Part shown: positions 33,990 through 43,148 of the stretch, piece after piece | How the letters are laid out: each line of letters starts with the position of its first letter | Numbering within the stretch: position 1 is the first letter of the stretch | NCBI GenBank assembly: GCA_004297395.1 | Contig: SCUO01000100.1 | Location: 3,043 to 67,042 of the forward strand | From: Chloroflexota bacterium | GTDB taxonomy: Bacteria; Chloroflexota; Limnocylindria; Limnocylindrales; CSP1-4 | Reading direction: 5' to 3' | Length of the DNA: 64,000 nt | Made by a program: the position numbers and the translations under genes | Notes under the pieces: model-generated | Database searches by the model: none | What the model saw: the letters and a program-made list of their open reading frames with translations, nothing else | Told to the model about the DNA's origin: nothing

Positions 33990-36344
33990 TCAGCGGTCCA
34001 GGTCGAGGAACCGCAGGACGTCGGGATGGTCGTCGGTGATCGGATCGATCCCGGTGGGAGGGATGGGCTGCCAGCCCAGGCCACGGAACCGAGCGGCCGT
34101 CGCCGGATCGGCGGTGGCGACGACCCAGATCGACGGGCTTGCGCCGTGGGTCGCCCGGTCCTCCGCTGTCGGGGCGTAGCGCCGCTCCAGGACGACCATG
34201 CCCAGCCGGTCGGCGGCGGCGCCGATCGCCGGGGCCAGGTCGTAGTAGCGGTTCGAGACGTGGATCGCGAGCAGGCCGTCGGGCCGGAGGACCCGCTTGT
34301 CGTCGAGGAGCGCTTCGATCGTCAGGAGGTGGCCCGGGACCGCGTCCGACGAGAAGGCGTCGAGGATCAGCAGGTCGAACGATTCGCCGGGCACGTCGCG
34401 CAGCGACAGGCGGGCATCGCCCAGGACGATCCGGATGGCCGCCGGAGCGTCGTCGAGGTAGCTGAAGTAGCGCGCATCGGTGGCGACCCGGACGACCACG
34501 GGATCGATCTCGAAGTACGTGATCGAGTAGCCGGGCCTGGCGTAGGCGGCGATGCCCCCTGCGCCCAGCCCGGTGATCGCGACGGCAGCCTCGGGATGCC
34601 CCTCGTCGACGGTCGCGAAGATGTCGCCCAGCGGGCCGCTCCGGGCGTAGTAGAAGGTCGGCTGGGCCGCTGCGAGGGGATCTGTCGCCTGGACGCCGTG
34701 GACGGTCGTCCCGTTCATGAGCTGGATCCAGCGGCCGTCGATGCTCGGCGTCACCTCCGTGACCCCGAAGAAGCTCCGATCGCGGAACAGCGTGGGCGCC
34801 GGCAGGACGAACGTCGCCAGGACGAGGACGACGGCCGTCGAGAGGGCGAGGAAGCGGGCCGGCGCGCCCACGAGGAGGACGAGGCCGCCGACGAGGAACC
34901 AGCGGATCGCCGCCTCGGTCGCGATCGACCCGCCGACGGTCAGGATCACCCCGAGGACAGAAGCCGCGGCCGCGTAGGGCAGGACTCGCGCGCCCGCGCC
35001 CCGAAAAAACGGGCTGAGATCGAGCCCCCGGCGGCGGTCACCCGCCTCGGCGGCAGTCCGACGACCCGTCCCCGGCGCCGGCGATCCCGTCACCGCGAGG
35101 GCGATGAGGGCGCCGACGAGCAGGAGCGGGTACTCCCAGACGCCGTCGAACGCCAGCGGCGCAACGACCGCGACGAGGGCGCCGCCAGTGACGCCACCGA
35201 CCGACTGGACGAGGTAGAACTCGGTCAGCCGCGACGGCGCCGGGCGGTCCCCGGCCAGCCGTCCGTGGAGGGCGGTCGCGACGATCGCCAGTCCGCCCCA
35301 TTCGAGGGCGATGAGCGGCAGGATCGGCCAGCCGCCGGCCGATCCGATCGGCGTCCAGAGGAGCGTGACGACAGCCGGGGCCAGGGCGACTGCCAGGGGG
35401 ACGAGCCGCCGGCCGCGCTCCGAGAAGGCGATGATGAACGAGCCGAGATACACCGCCAGCGGGCCGATCCACAGGAGGGGCGCGGCGATGAGGTCGGCGG
35501 CGATGAAGGTCGTGACCGCCGCGAGCAGGCCCGAGGGCACGGCCGCGAGGAGCACCCACCGCAGCCGGCGTGGCCAGCCGATCTCGGACTCGGCGCCGAC
35601 CACCCCTTGCCCGTCCCGACCCTCGTCCGTCCGGTCCACCGGCCCCGCCGGCTCCACCGCCGGTCCGGTCCTTCGCGCCGAAGCCGCCGCGATGATCGCC
35701 AGGATCGCGCACAGGGCGCCGAACCCGACCGCCCACAGCTGGCCCTGCCGGGACAGGCCAACGACTGGCCCGATGACGAAGGGATACGCAAGGAGCGCCG
35801 CGAGCGACGCCGCATTGCTCACCGCATACAGCCCGTACGGGTCGCCGCCACGGGCCCGGCTCCCCTGACCCGGCACCCCGTCCACGCCGTCCGCGCCGTC
35901 GACCCCGTCGACGCCGGCTGTGCCATTCAGACCGGCGCTCGACGTCCGCCTGGCCGCGTACCACGCCGACAGCAGCGGCGTCGTGGCGGTCAGGACGATG
36001 ACCGGCGGTCCGATTGCCGCGACGAGGATCCGCAGGACGTCGAGGGCCTCGGGCAGGTCGGCTGTCCGCAGGTCGGCCTGCCGGACCGGCATGAGGACCA
36101 GCCAGGCGAGCGCGATGGCGGCCAGCAGGACGTGGAGCACGGCCCCCCGCCGGATCCCGAGCCGGGTCACCGACAGGTGCCCGTACAGGTAGCCGATCAG
36201 GACCGCGCCCTGGAAGAAGACGAGCACCGTCGCCCAGACGGCGGGAGTGCCCCCGAAGACCGGCAGCACGACCTGGCCGATGAGCGGCTCGACCCAGAAC
36301 AGGAGGAACGCGGAAAGGGCGATCGCGCCCCCGAACACGGCCAC
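33990..36344 (-). CDS. polytopic membrane protein fused to a spermidine-synthase-like methyltransferase-fold domain
   Basis: - N-terminus: FLLFWVEPLIGQVVLPVFGGTPAVWATVLVFFQ, then many TM segments.
- C-terminus: ITGLGAGGIAAY...YFEIDPVVV...DLLILDAFSSDAVPGHLLT.
- The start is uncertain; GTG at 36344 was chosen. Confidence 0.75.
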   Translation of the reverse strand: MAVFGGAIALSAFLLFWVEPLIGQVVLPVFGGTPAVWATVLVFFQGAVLIGYLYGHLSVTRLGIRRGAVLHVLLAAIALAWLVLMPVRQADLRTADLPEALDVLRILVAAIGPPVIVLTATTPLLSAWYAARRTSSAGLNGTAGVDGVDGADGVDGVPGQGSRARGGDPYGLYAVSNAASLAALLAYPFVIGPVVGLSRQGQLWAVGFGALCAILAIIAAASARRTGPAVEPAGPVDRTDEGRDGQGVVGAESEIGWPRRLRWVLLAAVPSGLLAAVTTFIAADLIAAPLLWIGPLAVYLGSFIIAFSERGRRLVPLAVALAPAVVTLLWTPIGSAGGWPILPLIALEWGGLAIVATALHGRLAGDRPAPSRLTEFYLVQSVGGVTGGALVAVVAPLAFDGVWEYPLLLVGALIALAVTGSPAPGTGRRTAAEAGDRRRGLDLSPFFRGAGARVLPYAAAASVLGVILTVGGSIATEAAIRWFLVGGLVLLVGAPARFLALSTAVVLVLATFVLPAPTLFRDRSFFGVTEVTPSIDGRWIQLMNGTTVHGVQATDPLAAAQPTFYYARSGPLGDIFATVDEGHPEAAVAITGLGAGGIAAYARPGYSITYFEIDPVVVRVATDARYFSYLDDAPAAIRIVLGDARLSLRDVPGESFDLLILDAFSSDAVPGHLLTIEALLDDKRVLRPDGLLAIHVSNRYYDLAPAIGAAADRLGMVVLERRYAPTAEDRATHGASPSIWVVATADPATAARFRGLGWQPIPPTGIDPITDDHPDVLRFLDLDR

Positions 36345-36483
36345 GCGCGGATGGTCGCACAGTCGATCCCCGCGACCTACCCCCTCGGGCTCGGAAGCGT
36401 TGACGCCGGGCAAGGGGTCGGGGCCGTGGTGAACGCGATGTCGTCCGTCGCCCTGGATCTGCGGGTGCGTGGCCTGGGCCGGC

Positions 36484-37743
36484 TCAGGACCCGGGCGCGA
36501 GCTCCCGCACCACCCAGGCGGCCAGGACTCGCGAGCAGGCGACGACATCGTCGAGGGGCACGAACTCGTCGGCGCTGTGGGCGACGGCGACATTGCCAGG
36601 CCCGAAGATCACGGTCGGGGTCGCGCCCTCGTTGACGAGCAGCCGCATGTCGGCCCCGTACGGCTCGCCGAGGAAGCGCGGCCGGCGCCCGAGCGTCGCC
36701 TCGACGGCATCGGCCAGCGAGACCGGCAGCGGGTGGTCGTCGGCGACGCGGGCCGACGAGAAGCGGCCGCCGACGAGCTCGACCGTCGGCGGGTGGTCGC
36801 GCAGGAAGGGGTCGGTGCGGGCGGCCTCGGCGATGACCCGCCGGAGCCGGACCTCGGCGTCGCGCCAGCTCTCGCCGAGAGCCACACCGTAGCGGCCGTC
36901 GGCCACGATCCGGTCCATGACCGTCGAGGCCCAGTCACCGCCGGAGACCATGCCGACGATCGTCGGGTAGGGCAGGCCCAGGGCGGTCATGAGCGGGTCG
37001 GTCTCGGCGGCGTTGCGGGCGGCCTCATCGACCTCGAGGGCCCGGACGAGGACCATCAGCCCGTCGAGCGCGGAGACGCCCTCGCGCCGCATCGAGGCGT
37101 GCGCCGCCCGGCCCGGGACGGTGAGCCGGAAGGTGATCGCGCCGGCGTGGGCGACGACGACGTCGAGATCGGTCGGCTCGGTGATGACCGCCATGTCACC
37201 CGCGACACCGGCCCGGATCGCGGCGAGCATGCCCTGGCCCCCATCCTCCTCGGACGGGACGAACGCCACGACGAGCTCGCCGTCGAGGCCGCCCGCCGCG
37301 CCCGTCGTGACGAGCGCCCGAACGGCGCCGAGGATCGCGGCACAGCCGCCCTTCATGTCGACCGCGCCGCGACCGAAGAGCCGCCCGTCGCGGACCTCCG
37401 CGCCCCACGGGTCCACCGTCCAGGTCGAGGGATCGCCGATCGGCACGACATCGGTGTGGCCGACGAGCAGGAGCCGCCGACCACCGCTGCGACCCAGCCG
37501 CCCGACGACGACCGGGAGCTCGGTCCGGGGCATCTCCTGGCCGGGCCAGTCCGGATCGGACCGGGCAAATTCCGCCGGGTCGGTCTCGATCCGCTCGACG
37601 GCCACGCCAAGTTCGGTGAGGATCGTGGCGACGACGTCCTGGACCGCCTGCTCGTCGCCCGTAACGCTGGGGGTGCGGACGAGGCGCCGAAGGTCATCGA
37701 CGAGTCGCTCCCGGTCGACCGCCGGAGCGGCGGCCTCAGCCAC
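36484..37743 (-). CDS. M20 family metallopeptidase / deacylase (ArgE/DapE-like)
   Basis: LLLVGHTDVVP, GRGAVDMKGG, VPSEEDGG, and the C-terminal NVAVAHSADEFV. Confidence 0.9.
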   Translation of the reverse strand: MAEAAAPAVDRERLVDDLRRLVRTPSVTGDEQAVQDVVATILTELGVAVERIETDPAEFARSDPDWPGQEMPRTELPVVVGRLGRSGGRRLLLVGHTDVVPIGDPSTWTVDPWGAEVRDGRLFGRGAVDMKGGCAAILGAVRALVTTGAAGGLDGELVVAFVPSEEDGGQGMLAAIRAGVAGDMAVITEPTDLDVVVAHAGAITFRLTVPGRAAHASMRREGVSALDGLMVLVRALEVDEAARNAAETDPLMTALGLPYPTIVGMVSGGDWASTVMDRIVADGRYGVALGESWRDAEVRLRRVIAEAARTDPFLRDHPPTVELVGGRFSSARVADDHPLPVSLADAVEATLGRRPRFLGEPYGADMRLLVNEGATPTVIFGPGNVAVAHSADEFVPLDDVVACSRVLAAWVVRELAPGS

Positions 37744-38620
37744 GGAGGATCGGTCGGGTCATGCAGGTCGGCCCGCCGGAGCCGTTGATCCCGATCTCGA
37801 AGGCCGGGTAGGTGTGGACCTCGCAGCCCGCAGCGGCCATTGCCGCGGCGGTCGCCGGGTTGCCCTCGGCCGCCACGACGACGCCGGGCCGGATCGCGAG
37901 GACGTTGCAGCCCAGGGTCCCGAACTCCTCCTCGGGCACCGGGATCGTCCGGATGCCGAGCTCGCCGAGGAGCTCCCAGAGGCCGACCGGCAGGAGCGGC
38001 TCGAACACGACCGCGAGGTCGTCGGCCAGCGGCGAGATGACCGACAGGAGATGGATGAGCTCGGCCGGCCCACGCCAGTACGGGACGTCGAACACCCGCA
38101 CGTCGCCGCCGACGATCGCCCCGAGCTGGCGGACGCCCTCGCTGTTCGTTCGGAGGGTCCGCCCGATGCACAGCAGGTCCGGGCGGAGCCAGAACGTGTC
38201 GCCGCCCTCGATCGTCCCGGGGGCCTCGATCCGGCCGAGCGTCGGGATCCCGGCGGCGATCGTCCAGGCCTCGATCGCGTCGCATTCGGGGACGCGGTTG
38301 CGCTTGCCGGGGCGGAGCGAGATGGCGCCGCGGTCGGACACGAGAAGCGGGTCATAGGTATAGATGAGGTCGGGCGACCGGCCCTCGGTCCCCAGGACAT
38401 GGACCGTCGCGCCGAGGCGGGCCAGGAGGTCGGTGAAGGCGTCGTGCTCGCGCTGGGCGAGTTCGAGGTCGACCGGATGGAGGAAGCCGTGGGCCGGGTC
38501 GTCGAACGCGGCGCCGAAGGCGGGTCCCGGCCGCTTGACGAGGACGTGGCGGAGCGGCGCGGTCATGCTCTGGGCGCCGTACCGGGCGATCGCGGGCACC
38601 GGTGCCGGTGTCGTCGTCAT
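37736..38620 (-). CDS. amidinotransferase-fold guanidino-group-modifying enzyme (DDAH / arginine-deiminase-like)
   Basis: In-frame ATG at 38620. The C-terminal catalytic cysteine context is GSGGPTCMTRPI. The gene overlaps the M20 start by 8 nt. Confidence 0.85.
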   Translation of the reverse strand: MTTTPAPVPAIARYGAQSMTAPLRHVLVKRPGPAFGAAFDDPAHGFLHPVDLELAQREHDAFTDLLARLGATVHVLGTEGRSPDLIYTYDPLLVSDRGAISLRPGKRNRVPECDAIEAWTIAAGIPTLGRIEAPGTIEGGDTFWLRPDLLCIGRTLRTNSEGVRQLGAIVGGDVRVFDVPYWRGPAELIHLLSVISPLADDLAVVFEPLLPVGLWELLGELGIRTIPVPEEEFGTLGCNVLAIRPGVVVAAEGNPATAAAMAAAGCEVHTYPAFEIGINGSGGPTCMTRPILRG

Positions 38621-38651
38621 GACCGCAGCATAGCCGCGCCAGGGCCCGGCC

Positions 38652-39824
38652 TCAGGGCGACCCGAACCGCCCCGGGTCGAAGGCGTCGGCGATCGCCGGC
38701 GACCGGCCCAGGACCAGGTCCGCGACCTGGCGGGCCGAAGCCGGGCCGGTGGTGATGCCCCACGGCCCGTGCCCGGAGCAGAGGTACAGCCCGTGTACCC
38801 AGGGGATCCGCCCCACCAGCGGCCGGGCGTCGGCCGACAGGGGCCGGGCACAGGCCCTGGTCTCGCGGATCGGCGCATCGGCAACCGCCGGGACGAATGT
38901 GGCGGCCCGGGCGAGGATCCGCTCGGTCCAGGCCGGCGGGTCGGGCTCCAGCTCGAGGAACGTCGAGCCCACGGCCGTCGCCCCGGCCGCGGTCACGAGG
39001 CTCGTCTCTGGCGACGGCGCCGAATCCGCTGACGTCCGGCCAGCCTCGCGCGTGACCGCATCCACGTCCCCCGTCCCGAGGGCGACGTCCATTGCCGCCT
39101 CCTCGATCACGTGGCCAGGTGGGTCGGCCAGGAGCGTCTCGACGACGACACCCCACAACGGACGGATCGGGCGCCAGCGACCCGAGGGGTCGCAGAGCTC
39201 GGCGCTCCAGGGTCCCGCCGCCACGACGACGACGTCGGCCGGCTCGTGACGCCCGTCGAGATCGACGCCCGTGACCCGGTCGTCGCGGAGTGCCGGCCGG
39301 GCCGACCTGCCCAGCCGGATGGTGACGCCGAGCCGCTCGGCCCGGTTGGCCCAGGCGTACGTGGGTGCGGCCGGCACGACCGGGAAGGCGATCGGTACCC
39401 GCAGGGCGTGGATGCCCTCCGCGACGGACGGCTCGAGCGCCCGCACCGCCGCCGGGTCCAGGACCTCGATGTCGAGCTCGGGGACCGTCGCCTGGAGCTC
39501 AGCGGCGAGTGCCCTGACCACGTCCGGGGCGTGGGCCACGAGCAGCAGTCCGGCCGAGGTGGCCGGGAGCGCGAAGCCACCATCGGGGGCGACCTCGGCC
39601 AGGCGGCGGTAGGCGGCCACGGTCTCGTGGTAGAGCGGGACGAGGGCCGGATCGAACGGCTGCTGGACGACGCCGGAGTTGCGGCCGGATGCGCCGGCGG
39701 CAATGGCCTCGCGCTCGTACAGGGTGACCGTGGCGCCGCCCTCGGCCAGGTAGGCCGCCGCCGCCAGCCCGACGATGCCGCCGCCGATGACCGCGACCGC
39801 CGGACCTCCGGGCGACCCGTTCAC
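38652..39824 (-). CDS. FAD-dependent oxidoreductase (DAO family)
   Basis: In-frame GTG at 39824 overlaps the upstream stop (GTGA). Dinucleotide fold VAVIGGGIVGLAAAAYLAEGG and C-terminal SGHGPWGITTGP. Confidence 0.85.
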   Translation of the reverse strand: MNGSPGGPAVAVIGGGIVGLAAAAYLAEGGATVTLYEREAIAAGASGRNSGVVQQPFDPALVPLYHETVAAYRRLAEVAPDGGFALPATSAGLLLVAHAPDVVRALAAELQATVPELDIEVLDPAAVRALEPSVAEGIHALRVPIAFPVVPAAPTYAWANRAERLGVTIRLGRSARPALRDDRVTGVDLDGRHEPADVVVVAAGPWSAELCDPSGRWRPIRPLWGVVVETLLADPPGHVIEEAAMDVALGTGDVDAVTREAGRTSADSAPSPETSLVTAAGATAVGSTFLELEPDPPAWTERILARAATFVPAVADAPIRETRACARPLSADARPLVGRIPWVHGLYLCSGHGPWGITTGPASARQVADLVLGRSPAIADAFDPGRFGSP

Positions 39825-41116
39825 CGAGCCGCCGCGGTCCCCGTTCCCGCCGGCGCGGCGGCTGCGCCGCGCGACGCGTCGCCGGCAATCGCCCCAAGGA
39901 CCCCGAGGGCCCGATCGACCTCGGCAGCCGTGTTGTAGTGGGTCAGCCCCAGGCGGACGAGCCCGCCCGAGCCCTCGAGCCCGAGTCGCTCGACCAGCCC
40001 GAGGGCGTAGAAGTTGCCATCCCAGACCGCGATCCCCTCGTCGCCGAGCCGTCGGGCGACCTCTGGGGCACCGAGGCCCCCGATCGTGAAGGCCGCCGTC
40101 GGCGTCCGCCGGTCGAAGGCGGCCGGATCCACGATGCCGTACAGGGTCAGCTCGGGGATCGCCGCGAGGCCGTCGTGGAGGCGGCGGTAGAGGTCCATCT
40201 CGACCTCCCGGACCGCGGTCATCGCGATGGCCAGGCGCTCGCGGCGCGTCGCGCCGGCGGGTGCCCCGGCCATCCGCCCGACGTCCTCGAGGTAGGCGAT
40301 CGCGGCGAGCGCGCCGGCCTGACCCTCGAAGTTGCCGGTGCCGGTCTCGAAGCGATGGCCGGCCGGCCGGACCTTGTAGGCGCGGAGTGCGGCCAGGATC
40401 GAGCGCCGGCCGTAGACGGCGCCGAGGTGCGGGCCGAAGAACTTGTAGACGGAGCAGGCCACGAAGTCGGCGTCGACCGCCCGGGCATCGAGGGCAACGT
40501 GCGGCGCGGCGTGGACCGCGTCCACGTAGACGAGCGCGCCGACCCGATGGGCGGCGGCCGCGATCCGGGCGATCGGGTTGATCGTGCCCACCGCGTTCGA
40601 GGCCCAGCCCACGGCGACGAGCCGCGTCCGGGGCGACAGGAGCGCCTCGAGATCGGCGACATCCAGGGTGCAGTCGTCGAGGCTCGGCTCCCACCACCGG
40701 ACGACGAGGCCGCGGTCGGCGGCGACCGCCAGCCACGGATCGACGTTCGCCGCGTGATCCAGGCCGGTCAGGACGATCTCGTCACCGGGCTCGAGGCCGG
40801 CGGCGATGGAGCGGCTGAGGTGGAAGGTCAGGGTCGTCATGTTGGGGCCCACGACGATCTCGTCGGCATCCACGCCGAGCAGGTCGGCCAGGGCGGCGTG
40901 GGCCTCCTCGACGATCGCATCGGACCGTCGGGAAGTCGCGAAGGCGCCACCGTGGTTCGCGTTCGAGGTCCGGTAGTACTCGCCGACGGCATCGATGACC
41001 ACGTCCGGGACCTGGGTTCCGCCCGGCCCGTCGAAGAACACCAGGGGAGCCTCACCGTGGGCGACGGCAAGGGCTGGAAACCGACGGCGCAGGGCATCGA
41101 TGTCGAGGGTCGTCAT
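39821..41116 (-). CDS. class V aminotransferase / cysteine-desulfurase-like protein
   Basis: In-frame ATG at 41116. Motifs: FFDGPGGTQVP...NANHGG...SVYKFFGPHLG (PLP-lysine context)...LGLTHYNT. Confidence 0.85.
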   Translation of the reverse strand: MTTLDIDALRRRFPALAVAHGEAPLVFFDGPGGTQVPDVVIDAVGEYYRTSNANHGGAFATSRRSDAIVEEAHAALADLLGVDADEIVVGPNMTTLTFHLSRSIAAGLEPGDEIVLTGLDHAANVDPWLAVAADRGLVVRWWEPSLDDCTLDVADLEALLSPRTRLVAVGWASNAVGTINPIARIAAAAHRVGALVYVDAVHAAPHVALDARAVDADFVACSVYKFFGPHLGAVYGRRSILAALRAYKVRPAGHRFETGTGNFEGQAGALAAIAYLEDVGRMAGAPAGATRRERLAIAMTAVREVEMDLYRRLHDGLAAIPELTLYGIVDPAAFDRRTPTAAFTIGGLGAPEVARRLGDEGIAVWDGNFYALGLVERLGLEGSGGLVRLGLTHYNTAAEVDRALGVLGAIAGDASRGAAAAPAGTGTAAAR

Positions 41117-41208
41117 GGTCGCGATGCTACGCCGGACCACCGTCCCCTGCGAGCGGATCCGACGCCGCCTTCGTTGCCGCGTCAACCACGGCCGGGTACG
41201 ATGGCCGG

Positions 41209-41847
41209 GTGACCGCACCCGAGATCGACCGTCCGTCCCGTCGCGACGCCCAGCTGGCGCCGTGGCGTGCCTTCCTCCGCGCCCACGCCCGCGTCGAACG
41301 GCGCCTCGACGAGGACCTCCGGACCCGCCACGGCCTGTCGCTCCAGGAGTACGAGACCCTCCTCCACCTCGCGGAGTCCACCGACCGGCGACTTCGGATG
41401 GGTCGCCTCGCTGACTCGCTGCTGCTCTCGAAGAGCGGCGTGACCCGCCTCGTGGATCGGCTCGTCGACGACGGGCTGGTGGAGCGGACGAGCTGCACGA
41501 GCGACGCCCGCGGCGCCGAGGCATCGCTCACCGTCCTCGGCCTGGCTCGGCTCCGGGCGGCCGCCCCGACCCACCTCGATGGCATCCGCGACTACTTCTT
41601 CGGGGCGATCGATGCCACCGACTTGGTCGTCGTCGAGCGGGCCATGGACGCGATCTCGGAGGGCCTCTGCGGCGGCGCCGCTCACTGCGACCCGGCCCTC
41701 CACGTCGAGGACCGGCGCCGCGACGGACCATCCACCCGGGCCGCGCGATCGGTGGCCCACGGCTCGGCGACGGGTGCGGGCGCCCATGACGAGGCCAGCG
41801 AGCCGCTGCCGGCGGCGACCGTCAATGGCGGCGCCGCCGGCCGCTGA
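41209..41847 (+). CDS. MarR-family transcriptional regulator
   Basis: LSLQEYETLLHLAES...LRMGRLADSLLLSKSGVTRLVDRLVDDGLVER. GTG start, divergent from the 39821-41116 operon. Confidence 0.85.
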   Translation: MTAPEIDRPSRRDAQLAPWRAFLRAHARVERRLDEDLRTRHGLSLQEYETLLHLAESTDRRLRMGRLADSLLLSKSGVTRLVDRLVDDGLVERTSCTSDARGAEASLTVLGLARLRAAAPTHLDGIRDYFFGAIDATDLVVVERAMDAISEGLCGGAAHCDPALHVEDRRRDGPSTRAARSVAHGSATGAGAHDEASEPLPAATVNGGAAGR

Positions 41848-41859
41848 TCCGGCAGCGCC

Positions 41860-42651
41860 GTGACCCGCGGCCGGCTGCTCGTCGGCACCTCGGGATTTGC
41901 CTATCCGGCCTGGGCCCCCCGGTTCTACCCGAGCGGCGTCAAGGGCGATGCGCTGCTCCCGTTCTACGCCGGCCACCTCCCGGCCGTCGAGCTGAACAAC
42001 ACGTTCTACGCGCGCCCGACGGCCGCGAAGATCGCGGCCTGGGTCGCAGCGACACCGCCGGACTTCCGGTTCGTCGTCAAGGCCCAGCGTGGCGCCGCGA
42101 TGCGGGCCCTGACCACGGCCGTGACCGACACGCCCGAGGACGGCGTGCGCTGGCTGACCGAGGACCTGGACGGGTTCCGGGAGCGCCTCGGGGCGGTCCT
42201 CTTCCGGGTACCCCACAACATCCATCGCAAGCCCGAGGCCGGTTCGGATGACGCGCTCCGAAGGCTTCTTGCGACCTGGCCGGCGTCGATTCCGCTGGTT
42301 GCCGAGTTCCAGCACGTCTCGTGGCACGTCGACGAGACCTACGCGGCCCTGCGGGCCGCCGGCACCTCACTCTGCTCGACCGAGCTGCCCGAGGACGAGG
42401 AGGCGCCCACGATCAGGATGACCGGCCGGCTCGTCTATCTCCGCCTCCGGCGCCATGACTACGATCAGCCGGCCCTCCGCACCTGGGCCGGCCGGATCGC
42501 CCCGTTCCTCGACGCCGGGCACGATGCCTACGTGTTCTTCCGACACGACGAGTCCGGTCGCGGGCCGGAGCTGGCCAGCGAGCTGCGCGCCGCGGTCGAT
42601 CGGGCGCAGGCAGGTCCCGGTGCCGGGACGGGCGGGTCCCCGGGAGCCTAG
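41860..42651 (+). CDS. DUF72 domain protein
   Basis: LLVGTSGFAYPAWAPRFYP...LPFYAGHLPAVELNNTFYARP. Confidence 0.85.
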   Translation: MTRGRLLVGTSGFAYPAWAPRFYPSGVKGDALLPFYAGHLPAVELNNTFYARPTAAKIAAWVAATPPDFRFVVKAQRGAAMRALTTAVTDTPEDGVRWLTEDLDGFRERLGAVLFRVPHNIHRKPEAGSDDALRRLLATWPASIPLVAEFQHVSWHVDETYAALRAAGTSLCSTELPEDEEAPTIRMTGRLVYLRLRRHDYDQPALRTWAGRIAPFLDAGHDAYVFFRHDESGRGPELASELRAAVDRAQAGPGAGTGGSPGA

Positions 42652-43016
42652 GCGGACGCAGCGCCGTGGGGTCGGTGGTGCTGGTGGTCCACCCGGTGGG
42701 TGTACTCGGCCGGACCGAAGAACACGAGCACGACCAGGTCCTCGGTGATGTCGTGGAAGCGATGCGGGACATCGGCCGCCACGAAGACCACGGACCCGGG
42801 TCCGACCGCGCGCACCTCGCCGCCGACGCTGATCGTCGCCCGCCCGGCGACGACGTGATAGACCTCGTCCTCGGTGTGGGGGCCCTGGGGATCGGAGGCC
42901 CCGGCCGGCAGCTCGTACAGGCCGACGGACAGGTCGTGGGTCCGGATGAACTCGTGGTAGAGGCGTCCCGATGCCGCGCGCTCGGCGCTGACGTCGGCGA
43001 GCTCGAAGGCCTCCAT
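42648..43016 (-). CDS. cupin domain protein
   Basis: PHTEDEVYHVVAGRATISVGGE...GSVVFVAADVPHRF. Confidence 0.8.
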   Translation of the reverse strand: MEAFELADVSAERAASGRLYHEFIRTHDLSVGLYELPAGASDPQGPHTEDEVYHVVAGRATISVGGEVRAVGPGSVVFVAADVPHRFHDITEDLVVLVFFGPAEYTHRVDHQHHRPHGAASA

Positions 43017-43148
43017 CGATCGCTCCTCTGGTGCGGGTCGGCGCGGGCTTCGAGGCTAGCACTCCCCGGCCGGCTTGACGTGGGTGACCCCGGGCTCCCC
43101 GTACCCGCCCGCGGAACCGGATCCGCCGGACGGCCGTAGATTCCATCG

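Noticed and set aside
41197-41211. Leaderless transcription of the MarR gene from TACGAT (41197-41202), 6 nt before its GTG
   Set aside because: It is plausible for Actinobacteria, but a single -10-like hexamer is weak evidence. It is not reported as a feature.
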